A stretch of DNA of 64,000 nucleotides, taken from positions 205,111 through 269,110 of the forward strand of contig CAWGPQ010000008.1 of assembly GCA_963824495.1 (NCBI GenBank). The letters run 5' to 3'. The DNA is from an uncultured bacterium. GTDB lineage: Bacteria; Babelota; Babeliae; Babelales; Babelaceae. Within the stretch, counting starts at the first letter, position 1. Every line of letters begins with the position of its first letter. The notes under the pieces were generated by a model. The model saw nothing but the letters and a program-made list of their open reading frames with translations. It had not been told where the DNA came from and did not search any database. Shown here piece by piece: positions 21,031 through 30,869 of this stretch. Both the position numbers and the translations under genes were made by a program.

Positions 21031-21035
21031 ACTCG

Positions 21036-21111
21036 TGGAGCGGGAAACGGGACTCGAACCCGCAACCTACAGCTTGGAAGGCTGCCGCTCTACCAATTGA
21101 GCTATTCCCGC
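21036..21111 (-). tRNA. tRNA-Gly(TCC)
   Basis: GCGGGAA acceptor; loop CTTCCAA. Confidence 0.95.
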
Positions 21112-21127
21112 TTATATGTCTTTACAC

Positions 21128-21169
21128 GTGTCAGTCCAGCCCGAGGCGAAAAAGCTTCGGCGAGCACCT
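21128..21169 (-). repeat. REP-like palindromic repeat between tRNA-Tyr and tRNA-Gly
   Basis: Minus strand GCCGAAGCTTTTTCG...GGCTGGACTGACAC; shares its end with the copies at 46894 and 48012. Confidence 0.55.
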
Positions 21170-21195
21170 AACAAATGTGCTTATATAAGCGCATT

Positions 21196-21281
21196 TGGTG
21201 GCGAGAGTAGGATTCGAACCTACGAAGGCAATTACCAACGGATTTACAGTCCGTCCCCTTTGGCCGCTCGGGAATCTCGCC
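21196..21281 (-). tRNA. tRNA-Tyr(GTA)
   Basis: ACGGA-CTGTAAA-TCCGT; long variable arm; CCA encoded. Confidence 0.95.
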
Positions 21282-21730
21282 GGCTTTAGGCCTTTCTTTT
21301 CTATAAGTTTACCTTTTTTCTTCTCATATATCAACCATAAGCACGTCTTTGATTTGACCTTCGATAGTACCAAATTACCACGCAGTGTAGTATTGTTTAT
21401 TTCAGAATTGACGCGAAAAAAAAATTTACCTATTCTTATCTTAGTTAATTTTTTTAATTACATGACAATATTAGAATATAAAAGGTTACCTATATGAAAA
21501 GTGTACGTTTTCCCCTAGCCATGGCACTTGCTATCCTAAGCTCTTTACCTATTCACGCTTCAGATTTAGTAGGAAAACCACGCCGCGTCCTAGAGAACAG
21601 ATACCTCATCATCTACGAGTAGCTCGAGGTGTGCTTGGTGCTTTGGCGGCAAAAAAGCTCTTAATCTCTCACTTTCCAAACATCAAGGCCAAAGCAAATC
21701 ATTGAAACTTTAACTATGGAGGCATAACAC

Positions 21731-22756
21731 ATGAACCATCGCATCAAACTACTTCTTACAGCCTTATTTTTAACATGCTATTCTTCAATAACACCCTTGG
21801 CAGCCTTTGACTTTGGCAATAATTGGAAACAAAAAACTATTACTGCATTGAGCTCGTTGCTTGCTTATAATCTATCAATAAGAGGTTTGCTAGAAAGTGC
21901 TTATTTTCCAATTAAACTATCCGGTTATCCTGATATGCCAGAAAGCGCTGATTCTTGGTGCCGTGAGCAACTTAAAGAAGTTGAAATATCTAACATTGAT
22001 ACCCTTACGCTTAAAGAAACGCCCGAATTTCCTATCTATGCTGCAACCAATATACCACGGGGACTACATGCTCATCCTGTTCTAGTTCAAGAGCTTGTAC
22101 AAGCAATTAAAGACTATGCAGAACAAACTGAGCTTAAAGAGCGTGATCCTGACAATTTCGACCAGAAAAAGCTTACTCTTGCAAACACAGTTCTCTCTAC
22201 ACATCGCTTTATCATACACCATGAAGCAGGTCATTTACATAAAAATCACATGACAAAACGTGTAACTGCTTATAGTAGCGGTTTGCTTACACTACCCCTT
22301 TTTCTAAAGGCACTTGGAAGTATTAGCCATAACCGTTGGATGAGTAGACTACTTTTAGGATTTGCTCATGCATCAGCGCTCGGTATCGCAATCAACTTTT
22401 ACGCTCGCTCTCAAGAGCGAGAGGCTGACGAATTTGCTATAGCCCATTCCCCCGCCGAAGACCTAAAAGCTGGCGCTGCATACTTTGATTACCTTCATAA
22501 AATACTAGCATCGGCTCCAACATTTAAAAGCTTGCTTGACAGTAAAGCATATGAATCGCTCGATGATCTTAAAAATCAAAATCCATGGTTATTTGAGTCG
22601 ATCGCGTATGGAATTGATCCACAGCATCCAGCTTCAACACACAGGGCTCAACGCTTTTTAGAAGCTGCAGCTGAACTTGAGCACACTACAAATAATAGCA
22701 TCCCAGATTCATTAGATTCAGTTGAAGTTGGCAATCAACCTGAGCAACAAGCTTAA
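21731..22756 (+). CDS. Secreted/membrane M48-like zinc metalloprotease
   Basis: Signal peptide, HEAGH (HExxH), TM segments, QEREAD and HP....RA motifs; GGAGG SD. Confidence 0.75.
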   Translation: MNHRIKLLLTALFLTCYSSITPLAAFDFGNNWKQKTITALSSLLAYNLSIRGLLESAYFPIKLSGYPDMPESADSWCREQLKEVEISNIDTLTLKETPEFPIYAATNIPRGLHAHPVLVQELVQAIKDYAEQTELKERDPDNFDQKKLTLANTVLSTHRFIIHHEAGHLHKNHMTKRVTAYSSGLLTLPLFLKALGSISHNRWMSRLLLGFAHASALGIAINFYARSQEREADEFAIAHSPAEDLKAGAAYFDYLHKILASAPTFKSLLDSKAYESLDDLKNQNPWLFESIAYGIDPQHPASTHRAQRFLEAAAELEHTTNNSIPDSLDSVEVGNQPEQQA

Positions 22757-22777
22757 CTCACCATGCTCAGGGACAGC

Positions 22778-22820
22778 AAAAAAGCCTTCTCTTAAGTATT
22801 AAAGAAAGAGAAGGCTTTTA
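22778..22820. terminator. Bidirectional intrinsic terminator
   Basis: AAAAGCCTTCTCTT...AAGAGAAGGCTTTT between convergent genes. Confidence 0.7.
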
Positions 22821-22837
22821 AATTTAAAGTTTAAGGC

Positions 22838-23824
22838 TTACTCGGGCTTTACGCCTGCAGCTTGCATACGTTCAAAAACACCTATGATAGCCGTTGATAT
22901 TGGTTGAATATCGGGAAATTGCTCAAGTAACTTGCTTGCATCAAGTTCGTTATTGGATCGCCCTGCTTTTAATATCTTTGCTTGTTCTTCAAGGCTAAAG
23001 TTCTCATAGGTAAAATTAGGGTCAATATACTGCTTGTATACATCAAGTATCTGGTTATGTGATATTGTACCCGGATTTACAAAATTATATACGCCTTTTA
23101 AGCCTCTTATAGTCATTTCGATAGCAAGGGGAAGAAGCTCATGTAAAACCGACATAGAATTAGGAACATTAACTACTTTTTTATAGTGGGTAATCTTGGT
23201 AATAAAATTACGAGCATGTAAATCATCTGAGATAGGCATACGCAATCTCAAATTAAGCACGTTTGGATAATCTTGTAAAAGCTTATCGAGCATGATCTTT
23301 GTTTTTGAGTAATAAGAACCGGCAAAATTAGGCTCATCGGTCTCTTTAAAGCCCTTGCCGCTTCCTAAGGGGTGCTGTTCGTCATACTCGTAAATACAGC
23401 CAGTCCCAAAATTTGTCATCGGTATAGAACGCTCAAAGCATATATCTGCTAGATTAAGAGCACCAATAATATTAGCACGTATCGTTTCTTGCTTATGATC
23501 TTCACACCAATCAACGTTAGGCCGTCCTGTCACTCCGGCAGCATTTATAACAAAATCAGGCTCAAAACTATCAATTTCTATTTTGATAGCGTCACGGTTT
23601 TCAAGACGAGTACTCTTTGCCGCTGCTTTGCCTTTATAGGCTGGGTTCTGAGCTAAAAGCTCAAGTATCTTACCACCGATCCAGCCCTCTCCTCCAAAAA
23701 CGAGAAACTTAAGGGGTTTTGAGCACAGTTGATTGTCTTCACATGTTTGTGCTGTAACAGCAGCAATAGCAGTAAAAAGCATGATGCTCGTGAAACACAC
23801 ACGCATATTCTTAATCATAATCAT
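22838..23824 (-). CDS. Eukaryote-type nucleotide-rhamnose synthase 3,5-epimerase/4-reductase (NRS/ER, UER1-like) with N-terminal signal peptide
   Basis: GWIGG, AAGVTGRPNVDWCE.HK.ETIR.N, TGCIYEYD..HPLGSG.GFKE.D.PNF.GS.YSKTK and RSNNELDA.KL match the plant NRS/ER pattern. Confidence 0.85.
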   Translation of the reverse strand: MIMIKNMRVCFTSIMLFTAIAAVTAQTCEDNQLCSKPLKFLVFGGEGWIGGKILELLAQNPAYKGKAAAKSTRLENRDAIKIEIDSFEPDFVINAAGVTGRPNVDWCEDHKQETIRANIIGALNLADICFERSIPMTNFGTGCIYEYDEQHPLGSGKGFKETDEPNFAGSYYSKTKIMLDKLLQDYPNVLNLRLRMPISDDLHARNFITKITHYKKVVNVPNSMSVLHELLPLAIEMTIRGLKGVYNFVNPGTISHNQILDVYKQYIDPNFTYENFSLEEQAKILKAGRSNNELDASKLLEQFPDIQPISTAIIGVFERMQAAGVKPE

Positions 23825-23908
23825 ACGTCATCTCCCTAAAAATCAGGACGAAATTACCGTAATACACCGTAATACAGGCTGATGCTCTATGTCAAGAGGT
23901 GCGTAAAT

Positions 23909-24346
23909 TCAGCTATCGGTAATCTCATAGCGAAGACGTCGACGGTCATAGCCATGATAATCGACAACTATATGACATGCTTTTTTTTGAACAAGAGGCA
24001 TGATAATCTCTGGCCATTCGATGAGCGCCCAAGTAGTGGGTATGTATAAGTATTCGTTAAAACCTGCATGCGTAAATTCTTGAAGATTCTTCATGCGATA
24101 TAAATCGAAATGATAAAATTCTTGATCTTGATCATTAGAATATATACTAAGATAGGTAAACGTAGGGCTTTGAATAACGTCTTGCGTTACATCAGCATAA
24201 CGCAAAAGTGCTTGTATAAGCGTTGTCTTTCCTACACCCATAGGACCAGCTAGCGTCATCACTGAGCAGAGGGGTAGTATTTCGTAAAGATCGCTGGCAA
24301 CATCTTCAACAACATCGAGCGAATAGATAAGTTCATGCGTTCTCAT
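23909..24346 (-). CDS. tsaE: tRNA threonylcarbamoyladenosine biosynthesis ATPase
   Basis: GPMGVGKTT, SPTF, HFDLYR and IEWP motifs. Confidence 0.95.
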   Translation of the reverse strand: MRTHELIYSLDVVEDVASDLYEILPLCSVMTLAGPMGVGKTTLIQALLRYADVTQDVIQSPTFTYLSIYSNDQDQEFYHFDLYRMKNLQEFTHAGFNEYLYIPTTWALIEWPEIIMPLVQKKACHIVVDYHGYDRRRLRYEITDS

Positions 24347-24930
24347 AATTTTTTAACCAATTTGTGTAACTTTTTATCTTTTTTAGAAAATTTTTGAGAA
24401 GCTCGTGGCAGCTCGCTCTCTATATCTTTAATAACAACCCATGAACTTGCACGTTCCATGAGCACATCAAGTTCAGGTGTACTTTCATAGTTTGCCATTT
24501 TTTGAGGTGCTTCGGTGCTTTTTACCACACGAACAAGAGATGTTTGAGTCACAGTTCTTATAAAATTATAGAACTCTTGAGCATTAATGGGAAGTGCTTT
24601 GTATTGTTTGGCATATACTTGCACATCTCTGTCCGATGAAACAACAACTACACTCTCTGCTTGGTTTTGTGCTTCGTACCGTATAATAAGTGACTTGATA
24701 ACATCATCGGCAGTCATACGCTGTCCTGAATAGACTACGGTTACCCCATCTTCTTTGAAGAAGGCAGGATAATCATAAGATCCTCCATCGAAAACAATAA
24801 CTGCCTCATGGTGCTTGGTGGCAGCATAACGAGCTACTTCACGAATAAAAGCCTTCCGCTGATCCTCTGAAACATGGAGAGCCTTACCAGTATATTTGAG
24901 AATATTGTACGCATCTATCAGTATAATCAT
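24343..24930 (-). CDS. NYN-domain (YacP/Rae1-like) ribonuclease
   Basis: IDAYN, VFDG, TADDVI and SSDR motifs; ATG at 24930. Confidence 0.85.
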   Translation of the reverse strand: MIILIDAYNILKYTGKALHVSEDQRKAFIREVARYAATKHHEAVIVFDGGSYDYPAFFKEDGVTVVYSGQRMTADDVIKSLIIRYEAQNQAESVVVVSSDRDVQVYAKQYKALPINAQEFYNFIRTVTQTSLVRVVKSTEAPQKMANYESTPELDVLMERASSWVVIKDIESELPRASQKFSKKDKKLHKLVKKL

Positions 24931-25020
24931 GCCATGTAAGCACTTTCTATTTGCTAAAGCATAAAAAAATATTACACTAATAGAATAGTCTATTCTAACC
25001 AAAAGTTTAAGGTTTGAGCT

Positions 25021-25875
25021 ATGCCTCAGCTTATACAGTTGCGCCAGCGCATTACAGCGATCGAGACCATTAAGAAAACGACGAACGCTATGCGCCTTAT
25101 TTCTATGTCGATGCTTTCACGGCTCCGGGCCCAAAAGGCACATTTTGATAGGTACAAGCACGAGGTTGATAATCTCTTAGCTGAAGTAATACTTCTTGTA
25201 CCCTCAGCGGCTACCCATCAAGTTATCTCTCAGGAGTCTAATAGACATCTTATTATTATCGTTGGCTCACAGAAAGGGCTGGCAGGTGTATTTAACGTGG
25301 GCCTTGCACAATTCTTTATGGAAGAAGCTCTGCCGTTACCAAAATCAACTGAGCTTGTAGCAGTAGGCAAACAAATTATACAATTCTTGCGCGCACATAG
25401 CATCATTCCGGATAACACGTATCCTACGTTCAGTGCTTCTAATTTTATTACTATCGCTCATGATCTTGTGCAGAAGATTACGAATACACCCTATGCTACT
25501 GTTACCATTTATAGCACATATCCTCGAACATTCTTTATCCAAAAACCCCACAAGACTCGTATCGTACCGTTTACGCCGCCGCTATCGACAGCTCCAGCAA
25601 GACAGCACACTGTCCACAATTATATATGGGAGCAATCACCTGAAGCAACGTACGAATATTTACTCAAACTCTCTCGCAAAGTCATGCTTCAGCAAGCACT
25701 TTTAGAATCATTACTTGCTGAGCAATCGTCACGATTTCTTTCAATGGATGCAGCAACACGAAACGCTGATAATCTTTTAGCAACTATGAGACTTGATTAT
25801 AACAGATTACGCCAAGCAAACATTACACGTGAGTTAACCGACCTCGTTGGAAGTACGCTCGCAACTGAGTCATAA
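25021..25875 (+). CDS. atpG: ATP synthase F1 gamma subunit (orphan)
   Basis: IKKTTNAMRLIS, KGLAG.FN, EQSSRF.SMD.AT.NA and YNRLRQANITREL motifs. Confidence 0.92.
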   Translation: MPQLIQLRQRITAIETIKKTTNAMRLISMSMLSRLRAQKAHFDRYKHEVDNLLAEVILLVPSAATHQVISQESNRHLIIIVGSQKGLAGVFNVGLAQFFMEEALPLPKSTELVAVGKQIIQFLRAHSIIPDNTYPTFSASNFITIAHDLVQKITNTPYATVTIYSTYPRTFFIQKPHKTRIVPFTPPLSTAPARQHTVHNYIWEQSPEATYEYLLKLSRKVMLQQALLESLLAEQSSRFLSMDAATRNADNLLATMRLDYNRLRQANITRELTDLVGSTLATES

Positions 25876-25893
25876 ACCGGACTAAGTCCCTTG

Positions 25894-27165
25894 TCACTCG
25901 CTTTTAACCGTTATATGTGCACCTAATTGGGTAAGCTTGTGCTCAAGATCTTGATAGCCTCTGCGCAGATGATGAACACCGGTCATGATAGTCTGGCCTT
26001 GTGCAGCAAGTCCCGCAATAATCAAGCCAGCAGAAGCTCGAATATCAGTTGCAATGACATGGGCGCCATAGAGCTCATCAACACCCTTTATAGATGCAGT
26101 TGTCCCCTCAACAGTAATTTGTGCACCCATTTTTTGAAGTTCTCGTACGTGAATCAGCCTATTCTCAAACACTGTCTCATGAATAATGCTTGTGCCTGAT
26201 GCTATGCATTGAGCAGCCATCATAGGCGCCTGTAAATCTGTAGGGAAACCTGGATAGGGCATAGTCTTAAATGACACTGCTTTAGGCGATCGTGTAGCCG
26301 TAAACCTGACACCTTTACCATTATCATCTTGCACAACACTATGACCCATTTCCGCAAGCTTTTCCAAAAAGACATCGAGAGCATAAGCCGGAGCTTGCGG
26401 TATACGTATGTTGCCTCCGGTAATAGCAGCCGCAAGCAAAAGCGTACCCGCTTCAAGACGATCTGGCATAATTTCGTGCTCAATGGGATATAATTCAGTA
26501 ACACCTTGAACTTCAAGAAGTGCCGGTGGCTGAATATCAATATGAGCTCCCATCTTACGTAGTACTGTAATTAAATCAAGTACTTCAGGTTCAATTGCTG
26601 CATTAACGATCCGTGTTGTACCAGGTATAAGCACCGCCGCCATAAGAATATTTTCCGTCGCTCCAACGCTGGGGTACTCAAGAACACAGCGATAAGGTTG
26701 CAAGCTTGATGCATGTGCAGTAAGGAATTCTGCCTTTTGTTCAATATAAGCACCCATCTGCATGAAAGCCTTTAAATGCAAATCTATAGGTCGCGATCCA
26801 ATAAGATCTCCACCAGGCAGAGCGACTTGAGCACGACCATAGCGTGCCAAAAGTGGACCCATGACTAAAATAGATGCACGTATTTTCCTCATAATATCAG
26901 GGCTTACGGTGTAGCTCTGTATAGAACGCGTATCGATATCAAGCATACGGCATGCCGTATCAAAGTAAACAGTTGCACCCAAACTTTCCAGAAGTATTAT
27001 CATTTGATACACATCATCAGAGCAAGGGACATTAGTCAAACGTGATGTGCCTGACGTCAATATAAGCGAAGCCATAATAACCAAAACGGCATTTTTAGCC
27101 CCAGCAATTGTGACTTCACCTTGAAGTGGGCGACATTGGTCAATAACAATATAAGGGTTTGACAT
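25894..27165 (-). CDS. murA: UDP-N-acetylglucosamine 1-carboxyvinyltransferase (Asp-type)
   Basis: GAKNA, RASIL, LPGGDLIGSRP, PGFPTDLQ and TDIRA motifs. Confidence 0.97.
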   Translation of the reverse strand: MSNPYIVIDQCRPLQGEVTIAGAKNAVLVIMASLILTSGTSRLTNVPCSDDVYQMIILLESLGATVYFDTACRMLDIDTRSIQSYTVSPDIMRKIRASILVMGPLLARYGRAQVALPGGDLIGSRPIDLHLKAFMQMGAYIEQKAEFLTAHASSLQPYRCVLEYPSVGATENILMAAVLIPGTTRIVNAAIEPEVLDLITVLRKMGAHIDIQPPALLEVQGVTELYPIEHEIMPDRLEAGTLLLAAAITGGNIRIPQAPAYALDVFLEKLAEMGHSVVQDDNGKGVRFTATRSPKAVSFKTMPYPGFPTDLQAPMMAAQCIASGTSIIHETVFENRLIHVRELQKMGAQITVEGTTASIKGVDELYGAHVIATDIRASAGLIIAGLAAQGQTIMTGVHHLRRGYQDLEHKLTQLGAHITVKSE

Positions 27166-27443
27166 ATACAAAACTTTCTTTAAAACAGTTTTAACTCCAC
27201 TAAGCTTTTCAGTATACTATAGACAAAGAAATAATGCTTAAGCAGTGTCAGTTGCTATTTTCTGCCTTTTCGTGCTATACTAACTAATGAGTAATACTGT
27301 CTGTTTATTAATGAGAACTCTATGTTCTCCTGTTATGTCTAAGGAAAGGTGTTTGAGAGAAGAACTATAAAGAATTATCCCCTTAAAATCGCTGTGTGCT
27401 TTATTAAGCACGTTTTTTAATTTTTTTTGAGTGAGTTATACTA

Positions 27444-27806
27444 ATGAATATTTATGTAGGAAATATTTCTCGAACAGTTACCGAAGACGCTTTGAGAACT
27501 AAATTTGAACAATATGGTACTGTTACTAACGTACGAATTATGCGTGATCGCATAACGCAAGAGCCACGTGGATTTGCTTTTGTCGACATGCCGGTAGCCG
27601 AAGAAGCAGAGAATGCCATTGCGAATTTAAATAATCAAGAGTTAGATGGCAACCGCCTACGCGTTAATGAAGCTCGTCCACAAGAAGACAGAGCACCTCG
27701 TTCAAACGGTGGTGGTATGGGTGGCGGTTATCGTCCGGGTGGTGCAAGCCGTCCTCGTACCGGTGGCGGTATGGGTGGTGGCAACGGTGGTGGCTGGAGA
27801 AGATAA
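27444..27806 (+). CDS. RRM RNA-binding protein with Gly-rich tail
   Basis: IYVGNI (RNP2), RGFAFVDM (RNP1), LRVNEARP. Confidence 0.93.
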   Translation: MNIYVGNISRTVTEDALRTKFEQYGTVTNVRIMRDRITQEPRGFAFVDMPVAEEAENAIANLNNQELDGNRLRVNEARPQEDRAPRSNGGGMGGGYRPGGASRPRTGGGMGGGNGGGWRR

Positions 27807-27843
27807 ACGTTACTACGTTACAGCCACTTTATTTGAAATAAAC

Positions 27844-27877
27844 ATGAGGGCCAGTAGTTATAACTACTGGCCCTCAT
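27844..27877. terminator. Perfect palindrome / terminator between convergent genes
   Basis: ATGAGGGCCAGTAGTTATAACTACTGGCCCTCAT. Confidence 0.7.
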
Positions 27878-27892
27878 ATCGTTTTTGCTTAA

Positions 27893-28948
27893 CTAGCGCA
27901 ACAATCTTCGATACTTTTCCATACAATCACGTGGATCAGAATAACGCAACCTATCACCTTGAAATAATTTGAGGGCTGCTTTCATACATCTGGTAATTTT
28001 GATATTACGTCGTTTATCATTAAAATCAATCAAAACTAGTTTGGTACCTTGTAAAACCATATTACCAATAATAGCATCATTATGATCGGGGTTACGCTCC
28101 TGCAATAACTGTAAATTATGCCGAATAACGCTGTCAGACGGATGAACAAAACGAAGCATAAAAGCTGTTTGCAAGTTTATACCACGACAGTAATCAGTCG
28201 GCTGCACGTCACTTTTGTGTATACTTTTGTGTAATTTCTTCTCGCTAAATGTGCTTGTAACAGGATAGCGAGGCTCAGCTGCTCGTGCCTTACGCCACAA
28301 ATTCCAACGTGCTATGTCAAGACCCTTCTTATTTGTTTCAAACAGATATAATACTGTTTCAGGTCTCTCAAGCTTCAACTTAACTACATGCTGCGCAATG
28401 CAATCTTCAAGAGCTTGTGCTGTAGTATGCCGCATTTCCATAAACACGAAATCACCTAATGTGAGAAACACATTAAACGTTTCAGCACGACTTCTCCGCT
28501 CAAAAAAATGCTCAAGATTTCGTACAAGCACAATATCAAGATGCTCGCAACGACCAAGTGTTTCGATAGTGTCATAATAAAACTCATGAGGACTTAAGAC
28601 GATAACGTTAGAGAACGCATGTCGTACAATACGCTCTTGCTCTTTAGTGTCATGTTTTTTGAAGAGCGTTACGTAACATACATCTTTAGTTTTTTTCGGC
28701 GCCAATAATGTACAGTAGGTATCTACATCATCACCGAGTATCTCCAAAATGGTCAAAGGCCGTGTGTACTTATTAACTAATGACTCAAGTGCTTGATAAT
28801 AATCGATAGCTTCTTTAGCTTCTTCATGAGTTGCTTCATAAGTTGCTTCATGTAGGGGCTGATCGGACGCTAACGTTAATGGGCAAATTTCACCCACTAC
28901 AAAAGTCAAAAGAATAAAAAATAAACCCTTAATACCATACACGTTCAT
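27893..28948 (-). CDS. Secreted protein with degenerate methyltransferase-like N-part and kinase-like C-terminal motifs
   Basis: Signal peptide; RPLTILEILG and HLDIVLVRNLEHFF; HNDAIIGNMVLQ...LVLIDFND. Confidence 0.45.
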   Translation of the reverse strand: MNVYGIKGLFFILLTFVVGEICPLTLASDQPLHEATYEATHEEAKEAIDYYQALESLVNKYTRPLTILEILGDDVDTYCTLLAPKKTKDVCYVTLFKKHDTKEQERIVRHAFSNVIVLSPHEFYYDTIETLGRCEHLDIVLVRNLEHFFERRSRAETFNVFLTLGDFVFMEMRHTTAQALEDCIAQHVVKLKLERPETVLYLFETNKKGLDIARWNLWRKARAAEPRYPVTSTFSEKKLHKSIHKSDVQPTDYCRGINLQTAFMLRFVHPSDSVIRHNLQLLQERNPDHNDAIIGNMVLQGTKLVLIDFNDKRRNIKITRCMKAALKLFQGDRLRYSDPRDCMEKYRRLLR

Positions 28949-29038
28949 GGATCCCCTTTTTTTAGAAATACACTAAAATTACGTTGTACAGTATAGAATT
29001 CACATTAAAAAACGTAAAGTAATTACGCCATAAGCTTA

Positions 29039-29587
29039 TTAACGTACTGATATAATCGTACCATTAACTATATTACCGGTAACAATAGATGCTCGTGAGC
29101 GGTAGACCTTGCCTTGAGCGCCATTAAATAGTACTGAGCCATTAACTACGGTAGAACCCTTAAGCCATACTTCAGGTTTACTCTTACTGTCAGGATCACT
29201 TTTGATTACAATATCGCGTACGCGAGAGTTAATAAGAGATATACTTCCAGAAACTGTTATGTTATCATGAGCTGTGCTAGATACTGCGCTTAACGCGCCA
29301 TTACTAGTAACCGGCTTATCAAATACCGTTGATTGAGCCTCTAGAGCACCATAAACACATAGAGCCCCATGAATAGTTGATGAAGAAAGAATCGCAGCAC
29401 CGTAAATAGTGACATCTTGTGCATCGAGATTAGTGCCCGTAAATGCACCATAGATCGTAAGCGGTTCTTGTATAGTCTTATTGGTATACAAGCACCTACC
29501 AAATGCACTCGCACTCTCCGCCAGAAAATAATTCCAACCTACAAATCCTATTATGCCTACAAGAATAAGAACCGCTATATTTTTCAT
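29039..29587 (-). CDS. Membrane-anchored beta-helix repeat protein (bactofilin-like repeats)
   Basis: N-terminal TM; repeated V/L.IYGA / V.G.. units. Confidence 0.5.
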   Translation of the reverse strand: MKNIAVLILVGIIGFVGWNYFLAESASAFGRCLYTNKTIQEPLTIYGAFTGTNLDAQDVTIYGAAILSSSTIHGALCVYGALEAQSTVFDKPVTSNGALSAVSSTAHDNITVSGSISLINSRVRDIVIKSDPDSKSKPEVWLKGSTVVNGSVLFNGAQGKVYRSRASIVTGNIVNGTIISVR

Positions 29588-29641
29588 AATAAAATCATTA
29601 ATAACATCGTGAATAAAATCGTAGTAAAAGATGCCCTAAAG

Positions 29642-29675
29642 AAAAAGCCTCAGTTGTTTGTACAACATGAGGCTT
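29642..29675 (-). terminator. rrn operon terminator
   Basis: Minus strand AAGCCTCA...TGAGGCTTTTT just after 5S. Confidence 0.75.
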
Positions 29676-29685
29676 GGTATATTAA

Positions 29686-29803
29686 ACCCTGGCAGTACCT
29701 ACCTTTCCAGTCCGTTTCCAGACAAGTATTATCGGCGTTGCAAGCTTAACTGCCGTATTCGGAATGGGAACGGGTGTTTCCTTGCAACTATACCCACCAG
29801 AGT
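29686..29803 (-). rRNA. rrf: 5S rRNA
   Basis: CACCCGTTCCCATTCCGAATACGG and GCCGATAATAC segments; paired ends. Boundaries approximate. Confidence 0.93.
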
Positions 29804-30330
29804 AATTTTTATATCTTATTTACTTGCGGTTGAAATATTTGTAATACAATAGCCCATAAAATCTTTACCCGAAAGTCATTAAGAGTGACTAAAACTCTCG
29901 ACCTATTAGTACTGGTTAGCTCAACACATTACTGTGCTTACACACCCAGCCTATCAACCTTGTAGTCTTCAAGGGGTCTTATATGCTCGCTTGCGCGAGC
30001 AATGGGGTATCTTATCTTGAGGCGAGTTTCCCACTTAGATGCTTTCAGCGGTTATCTCTTACGAGCTTAGCTACCCAGCGTTGCTTGTGGTAAACAACTG
30101 GAACACCAGAGGCTCACCCATTCCGGTCCTCTCGTACTAGGAACAGCTTCTCTCAAATACCCTACGCCCACGACGGATAAGGACCGAACTGTCTTGCGAC
30201 GTTCTGAACCCAGATCACGTACCGCTTTAATTGGCGAACAGCCAAACCCTTGGGACCTTTTCCGGCCCCAGGATGCGATGATCCGACATCGAGGTGCCAA
30301 ACCTCCTCGTCGATGTGGACTCTCAGAGGA

Positions 30331-30364
<34 letters not shown>

Positions 30365-30811
30365 ATTGAGCAATGGCCCTTCCATGCGGAACCACTGGAT
30401 CACTAACTCCTGCTTTCGCATCTGCTCGACTTGTAGGTCTCGCAGTTAAGCTCCCTTGTGCGTTTACGCTCTACCGACGATTTCTATTCGTCTTGAGGGA
30501 ACCTTTGAATGCCTCCGTTACTTTTTGGGAGGCGACCACCCCAGTCAAACTGCCCACCAGACACTGTTCTCCGCCCGGCTTACGGGATCGAAGTTAGATC
30601 TTCAAACTAATAAGAGCGGTATTTCAAGGTTGACTCCACTGAAGCTAGCGCCTCAGCTTCACAGTCTCCCGCCTATCCTACACATATCGGCCCGAAAATC
30701 AATGTCAAGTTGCAGTAAAGGTGCACGGGGTCTTTCCGTCCAGTCGCGGGTAACCGGCATTTTCACCGGTACTACAAATTCACTGAGTATATCATTAAGA
30801 CAGCGCCCAAC

Positions 30812-30852
<41 letters not shown>

Positions 30853-30869
30853 GACTTCGCTACCTTAGG

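Noticed and set aside
20330..21497. Track ORFs across the tRNA cluster (also 42242 and 47820/47857)
   Set aside because: They overlap clear tRNA genes.
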